Source: Vibrio cholerae ATCC 14035
GTDB taxonomy: Bacteria > Pseudomonadota > Gammaproteobacteria > Enterobacterales > Vibrionaceae
DNA length: 32,000 nt
NCBI RefSeq assembly: GCF_000621645.1
Contig: NZ_JHXR01000017.1
Coordinates: forward strand, 30,001 to 62,000
Reading direction: 5' to 3'
This document shows positions 26,597-32,000 of this stretch, piece after piece. Position 1 is the first letter of the stretch. Each line of letters opens with the position of its first letter. The position numbers were made by a program, and so were the translations under genes. The notes beneath the pieces are model-generated. The model saw only the letters and a program-made list of their open reading frames with translations. It ran no database searches and was not told the DNA's origin.

Positions 26597-28003
26597 ATGG
26601 ATAAAAAACTGGGTTTAGGCTCTCTCACGGCGCTAGTGATTGGTTCAATGATTGGTGCGGGCGTGTTTAGCTTGCCACAAAATATGGCAGCGGTTGCCAG
26701 TCCACTGGCAGTGATGATCGGCTGGTCGATCACTGGGATCGGCATGATCTTTCTTGCGCTCTCTTTTCAATATTTAGCCGTCAATAAACCCCATGTGAAC
26801 AGTGGTGTGTTTGGTTTTGCTCGTGAAGGTTTTGGTGATTTTGCCGGATTTTGCTCGGCGTGGGGCTACTGGTTTAGTGCCATGGTCGCGAACGTCTCTT
26901 ATCTGGTGATTGTGTTCAGTACTTTAGGACTGTTGTTTGATACGCCTGATCAGATTATCTTTGGCTCAGGTAATACTTGGTGGTCAATTGGTGGCGCTTC
27001 TCTACTATTGTGGGCTGTTCACAGCTTAGTATTAAGAGGGGTGCAAACCGCCGCGCTGATCAATCTCATCACCACTATGACTAAAATGGTGCCTTTGCTA
27101 CTTTTCATTGTGTCTGCGATTGCGGCGTTCAACTGGTCCACATTTAGCTTGGATTTCGCAGGGCTCCATCACATTTCAGGCGCTGATCTGCTCGGTCAGG
27201 TCAAAGCGACCATGTTGATCACGGTTTGGGTTTTTGTGGGGATTGAAGGTGCTGTGGTGGTATCAAGCCGAGCACGTCAGCGTAAAGACATCGGTCGCGC
27301 GACCATTCTTGGGTTACTCACGGCTCTGTCGATTTATGTCTTAGTCACGCTGTTGTCGATGGGCGTGATTCAAGTCAATCAGTTGGCGCAATACCCGAAT
27401 CCTTCTATGGCGCAAGTGTTGACTACGATTATTGGTCCTTGGGGTAAGTACATTATTGCGGTTGGGCTTTTGATCTCGGTTTGCGGTGCGTTTTTGAGTT
27501 GGACGGTATTGGCTTCCGAAGCGCCTTTCCTTGCCGCCAAAGATAAGATGTTTCCCCGCCATTTTGCCAAGCAGAATCAAGCGGGAAGTCCAGTTAATGC
27601 CTTGTTCTTAACCACACTCTGTATCCAAGTCTCCTTGATCTTGGTGCGCTATACTTCCAGCACTTACGATAGCTTATTGATCTTTGCCTCAGAGATGATT
27701 TTAGTGCCGTATTTTCTGGTGGGCGCTTTTACCCTTAAGCTTGCTCTGGAGCAAAGAGATCGAGGGAAGTTGCTATTGATTGGCTTTGGCGCAACGGCTT
27801 ATGGTCTATGGTTGCTGTATGCATCAGGTTTGCACTATTTGATGCTCTCAACCCTGTTGTATGTACCGGGCTTCGCTTTCTATCTCAAAGCAAAGCGTGA
27901 GCAAGGTGTAAAAGCATTCTGCGGCCGAGAAATGGTCGGAGCCAGCACCCTACTGCTGTTTGCCGTTGGGGCGGCAGGCATGCTTTGGCAAGGCGCTTGG
28001 TAA
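26597..28003 (+). CDS. arcD: Arginine/ornithine antiporter (APC superfamily, ArcD-type)
   Basis: 468 aa with about 12-13 TM helices. The N-terminus LGLGSLTALVIGSMIGAGVFSLPQNMA is the basic amino acid/polyamine antiporter signature. Confidence 0.9.
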   Translation: MDKKLGLGSLTALVIGSMIGAGVFSLPQNMAAVASPLAVMIGWSITGIGMIFLALSFQYLAVNKPHVNSGVFGFAREGFGDFAGFCSAWGYWFSAMVANVSYLVIVFSTLGLLFDTPDQIIFGSGNTWWSIGGASLLLWAVHSLVLRGVQTAALINLITTMTKMVPLLLFIVSAIAAFNWSTFSLDFAGLHHISGADLLGQVKATMLITVWVFVGIEGAVVVSSRARQRKDIGRATILGLLTALSIYVLVTLLSMGVIQVNQLAQYPNPSMAQVLTTIIGPWGKYIIAVGLLISVCGAFLSWTVLASEAPFLAAKDKMFPRHFAKQNQAGSPVNALFLTTLCIQVSLILVRYTSSTYDSLLIFASEMILVPYFLVGAFTLKLALEQRDRGKLLLIGFGATAYGLWLLYASGLHYLMLSTLLYVPGFAFYLKAKREQGVKAFCGREMVGASTLLLFAVGAAGMLWQGAW

Positions 28004-28056
28004 AATAGCGTTGATGCCATAGTCGACATTGTCTAAAGCTCGGGACGGATAAAAGA

Positions 28057-28090
28057 AACCCCTCAAGCTCGTAGAGCTGAGGGGTTTTTT
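28057..28090. terminator. Bidirectional rho-independent terminator between convergent arcD and ispB
   Basis: aacccctca(a)gctc-gta-gagctgaggggtt has an upstream A-run and a downstream tttttt. Confidence 0.75.
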
Positions 28091-28151
28091 AGTAAGAAAA
28101 CGTAATCCATTCTCGAGTGAGTTGCTGTGGTCATCTCACCGAATTTGCAGA

Positions 28152-29123
28152 CTATTTACTGCGATTGACCGCCATATGGGCGAGCGTGATCAAGGCTTGT
28201 TTGTATTCGCTTTCTGGCAAAATCGCAAGTTCAGCGATGGCTTTATCCGCTTCATGCAGCGCCTTTTCAATGGTGTATTGTAAAGAACCGGTTTGCTCCA
28301 TCGCTGCGAGAATCTCATTAAGACGCGACATGCCATTGGCTTTCTCGATGGCTTCACGGATCATCGCGGCTTGCTCAGGATTCCCGTGCTGCATCGCATA
28401 AAGCAGTGGTAGGGTAGGTTTGCCTTCTGCCAGATCGTCACCGACGTTTTTACCCATCTCATCACCATCTGAAGTGTAATCCATCACATCATCAATCAGT
28501 TGGAAGGCTGTGCCTAGGTATTTACCGTAGTTTTGCATCGCCAGTTCGACTTCAGGAGAAGCATCACACAGGATAGCGCCAATCTGGGTTGCCGCTTCAA
28601 ACAGACGTGCAGTTTTGGAGTAAATAACCTGCATGTAGCTGGCTTCGGTGGTATCAGGATCGTTACAGTTCATTAATTGCTGTACTTCACCTTCAGCGAT
28701 CACGTTTACTGCATCACTCATCAGTTTCAGGATCTTCATTGATCCTAATTCTGTCATCATCTGAAACGAGCGAGTGTAGATAAAATCACCGACTAATACG
28801 CTGGCGGCATTACCAAACGCGGCATTGGCGGTTGCTTTACCGCGGCGCAAGTCTGATTCATCGACCACATCATCGTGCAACAGGGTTGCCGTATGAATGA
28901 ATTCAATAAACGCAGCAGCAGTCGTGTGATGTGACCCTTGATAACCGAGCGCTTTGGCGGATAAAACCGCCAGCAATGGGCGTAAACGCTTCCCACCACC
29001 ACTGATGATATAGAAACCAAGTTGGTTGATTAGGGAAACGTCAGAATTGAGTTGAGCGTGAATCGTTTCGTTCACTTTTGCCATGTCATTGGCAGTAAGC
29101 GCTTGGATAGCTTTAAAATCCAT
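28152..29123 (-). CDS. ispB: Octaprenyl-diphosphate synthase
   Basis: The ORF track starts at 29198. ATG 29123 gives 323 aa, MDFKAIQALTANDMAKVNETIHAQLNSDVSLINQLGFYIISGGGKRLRP, colinear with E. coli IspB (323 aa). Both polyprenyl synthase Asp-rich motifs are present (LLHDDVVDESDLRRG and DDVMD). Confidence 0.93.
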   Translation of the reverse strand: MDFKAIQALTANDMAKVNETIHAQLNSDVSLINQLGFYIISGGGKRLRPLLAVLSAKALGYQGSHHTTAAAFIEFIHTATLLHDDVVDESDLRRGKATANAAFGNAASVLVGDFIYTRSFQMMTELGSMKILKLMSDAVNVIAEGEVQQLMNCNDPDTTEASYMQVIYSKTARLFEAATQIGAILCDASPEVELAMQNYGKYLGTAFQLIDDVMDYTSDGDEMGKNVGDDLAEGKPTLPLLYAMQHGNPEQAAMIREAIEKANGMSRLNEILAAMEQTGSLQYTIEKALHEADKAIAELAILPESEYKQALITLAHMAVNRSK

Positions 29124-29279
29124 CGTAAATCCGGCTGAAATAAGAGCGTGTAAGGCATTTAGTCTTCTGGAATCGCTGCATAATACACTAAAAATCATTG
29201 ATTAATACATGGCTTAAAGGCATGATTGCGGCACTTTTGTTTGGCGATTAGCTTTTCGCCATTTTTTTCAAAATATGGC

Positions 29280-29308
29280 TTGTCATAGGCACATCATTCA
29301 CGTAGAAT
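29280..29308 (+). promoter_or_regulatory. Candidate rplU-rpmA promoter
   Basis: TTGTCA (29280-29285), a 17-nt spacer, then TAGAAT (29303-29308). It is preceded by the A/T-rich UP-like tract atttttttcaaaatat and followed by the GC-rich discriminator ctgcgccc typical of growth-rate-controlled r-protein promoters. Confidence 0.55.
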
Positions 29309-29393
29309 CTGCGCCCTATTGATGATTAGTTTAGCGCACACCCTTATCGCATAAAATATAAGCATAGGCTGTGCGGAAAGAGCGGAGTAAAAT

Positions 29394-29705
29394 ATGTACG
29401 CTGTTTTCCAATCTGGTGGTAAACAACACCGTGTAAGCGAAGGTCAAACTCTTCGTTTAGAGAAATTAGACGTTGAAACTGGTGCAACTGTAGAATTTGA
29501 TAAAGTTCTGCTGGTTGCTAACGGTGAAGACATTAAAGTAGGTGCTCCTCTGGTTGAGGGCGGTAAAGTAGTTGCTGAAGTGGTACAACACGGTCGTGGC
29601 GATAAAGTAAAAATCGTTAAGTTCCGTCGTCGTAAGCACTCTCGTAAGCAACAAGGTCACCGTCAGTGGTTCACAGAAGTGAAAATCACTGGTATCAACG
29701 CTTAA
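29394..29705 (+). CDS. rplU: 50S ribosomal protein L21
   Basis: 103 aa. [25 protein letters not shown] is the canonical L21 sequence. Confidence 0.97.
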
Positions 29706-29725
29706 GTTATTAGGAGAGTTCAACA

Positions 29726-29986
29726 ATGGCACACAAAAAAGCTGGTGGTTCTACTCGTAACGGCCGCGATTCAGAAAGCAAACGTCTAGGTGTTAAGCGT
29801 TTCGGTGGTGAATCTGTACTTGCAGGTAACATCATCGTTCGTCAACGTGGTACTAAGTTCCACGCTGGCACTAACGTAGGTATCGGTAAAGATCACACTC
29901 TATTCGCTCTATCTGATGGTAAAGTGAAGTTCGAGGTTAAAGGTCCTAACAACCGTAAATTCGTTAGCATCGAAACTGCTGAATAA
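29726..29986 (+). CDS. rpmA: 50S ribosomal protein L27
   Basis: 86 codons. [29 protein letters not shown] is the canonical L27 sequence. SD: AGGAGAG. Confidence 0.97.
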
Positions 29987-30012
29987 GCCAAGTTTCTTGA
30001 TGAATTTAAAAG

Positions 30013-30037
30013 CCCTGCCGTTTGGTGGGGTTTTTTA
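30013..30037 (+). terminator. Probable rho-independent terminator of rplU-rpmA
   Basis: ccctgcc-gttt-ggtgggg is a 7-bp stem with two G-U pairs, followed by ttttttattt. Confidence 0.5.
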
Positions 30038-30055
30038 TTTATCGAAAGTGTGGTC

Positions 30056-30088
30056 GACCCTAGACCCTAGACCCTAGACCCTAGACCT
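30056..30088. repeat. Heptanucleotide VNTR, GACCCTA x4 plus the partial unit GACCT
   Basis: The sequence reads gacccta gacccta gacccta gacccta gacct. Its location between rpmA and obg and its unit sequence match the V. cholerae MLVA locus usually called VC0437 or VC0436-7 (from memory). Confidence 0.95.
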
Positions 30089-30154
30089 GAATGTAGCCTG
30101 ATCCAAGCAGGCGATTGTTTTCTGGGATCTACGTTCTCAGGTTTACTAGACTGA

Positions 30155-31360
<1,206 letters not shown>

Positions 31361-31375
31361 TTAACTTACTGGTAT

Positions 31376-31401
31376 GCCGCAACTTAGTTGCGGCTTTTTT
31401 G
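31376..31401 (+). terminator. Rho-independent terminator of obgE
   Basis: gccgcaac-tta-gttgcggc followed by tttttt. Confidence 0.8.
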
Positions 31402-31481
31402 TGTCTAAATCAACTTTCCTAAAGTTTGTTTCGGGCACACTTACTCTCTCTTCGGCATATTTAGGTTTTAGGAAAGGAATC

Positions 31482-32000
31482 ATGGAATCCAAACAGAGAG
31501 CCGTTTCTCGTTTGATTGCTCAGGCAGGGCAGATGTTATTAGCGCATGGCGCAGAAAGTACTTTAGTCGGCGATATAATGCGCCGTATGGGGTTGGCGAG
31601 TGGGATGAGTGAAGTCGAAGTCTCTCTCTCGGCGAGCTCGCTTGTGGTGACGACCGTCTATAAAGAGCACTGCATTACGACTGCGCGACGCAGCCCAGAT
31701 CGCGGCATCAATATGCGTGTGGTGACGCAGATTCAAAGGATCTGCATCATGATGGAAAAAGGCATTCTCGATCACAGCTTAGCGCAGCGAAAACTCAATC
31801 ACATCAGTCCAGAGCGTTACAATCGTTGGCTAGTTGTGGTCATGATTGGCCTCTCTTGCGCGGCATTCAGCCGTTTGGCTGGGGGCGATTGGATGGTGTT
31901 CTTGATTACCTTGATCGCCTCGTCAGTTGGGATGATCGTTCGCCAAGAAATCGGCCATCGTCAGTTCAATCCACTCATCAATTTTGCGGCAACGGCTTTC
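31482..32000 (+). CDS. YjjP/ThrE-family (DUF1212) inner-membrane protein, 5' partial (runs off the window)
   Basis: This ORF is absent from the ORF track because it has no stop in the window. ATG 31482 (SD AGGAAAGGAA) opens a frame to position 32000 (173 codons): MESKQRAVSRLIAQAGQMLLAHGAESTLVGDIMRRMGLASGMSEVEVSLSASSLVVTT..., the typical DUF1212 N-terminal domain (GAExxRVE-like), followed by TM helices. Confidence 0.75.
   Translation, partial: MESKQRAVSRLIAQAGQMLLAHGAESTLVGDIMRRMGLASGMSEVEVSLSASSLVVTTVYKEHCITTARRSPDRGINMRVVTQIQRICIMMEKGILDHSLAQRKLNHISPERYNRWLVVVMIGLSCAAFSRLAGGDWMVFLITLIASSVGMIVRQEIGHRQFNPLINFAATAF

Noticed and set aside
29309-29393. Possible structured leader or riboswitch in the 85-nt rplU 5' UTR (cgcaca...tgtgcg pairing)
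   Set aside because: There is only a 6-bp stem enclosing a 31-nt AT-rich loop, and I know of no L21-leader element in gamma-proteobacteria. The evidence is insufficient.

Overview
This window reads as core chromosome of a Vibrio cholerae-type genome. The identification rests on gene content and order, two ERIC-type repeats, and the GACCCTA intergenic VNTR between rpmA and obg. From memory it corresponds roughly to VC0412-VC0438 of N16961, which I cannot verify here. Gene order: the 3' end of the MSHA type IV pilus locus (mshO, mshP, mshQ); mreB-mreC-mreD-maf-rng-yhdP-C/N hydrolase-tldD; arcA (arginine deiminase, minus strand); rraB; an orphan resembling only the non-catalytic N-terminal domains of GH2 glycosidases; a DUF2061 membrane protein; usp; a TAXI-type TRAP transporter (binding protein plus fused permease); argR divergent from mdh; arcD; ispB divergent from rplU-rpmA; obgE; and a partial YjjP/ThrE-like gene. 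I see no rRNA, tRNA, CRISPR array, transposase, integrase or recognisable defence system, and I do not find a convincing novel multi-gene system. This is mostly conserved housekeeping DNA. Points worth a second look: (1) an apparent 1-nt frameshift splitting mshO; (2) two same-orientation ERIC copies that bracket a 9-kb segment, each in the 5' region of an arginine-catabolism gene (arcA, arcD), followed by short shared sequence blocks that include homologous SD-preceded mini-ORFs starting MAF; (3) the GH2-like gene lacking a catalytic domain, with its own promoter and terminator; (4) a perfect 14-bp palindrome over the promoter of the internally duplicated DUF2061 gene; (5) a G8 tract and an AT-rich 5' third in mshQ, which carries a lectin-like domain; (6) two short tandem repeats, the known GACCCTA VNTR and a hexamer array inside an ERIC copy. 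All coordinates and motifs were read by hand. No database search was possible.
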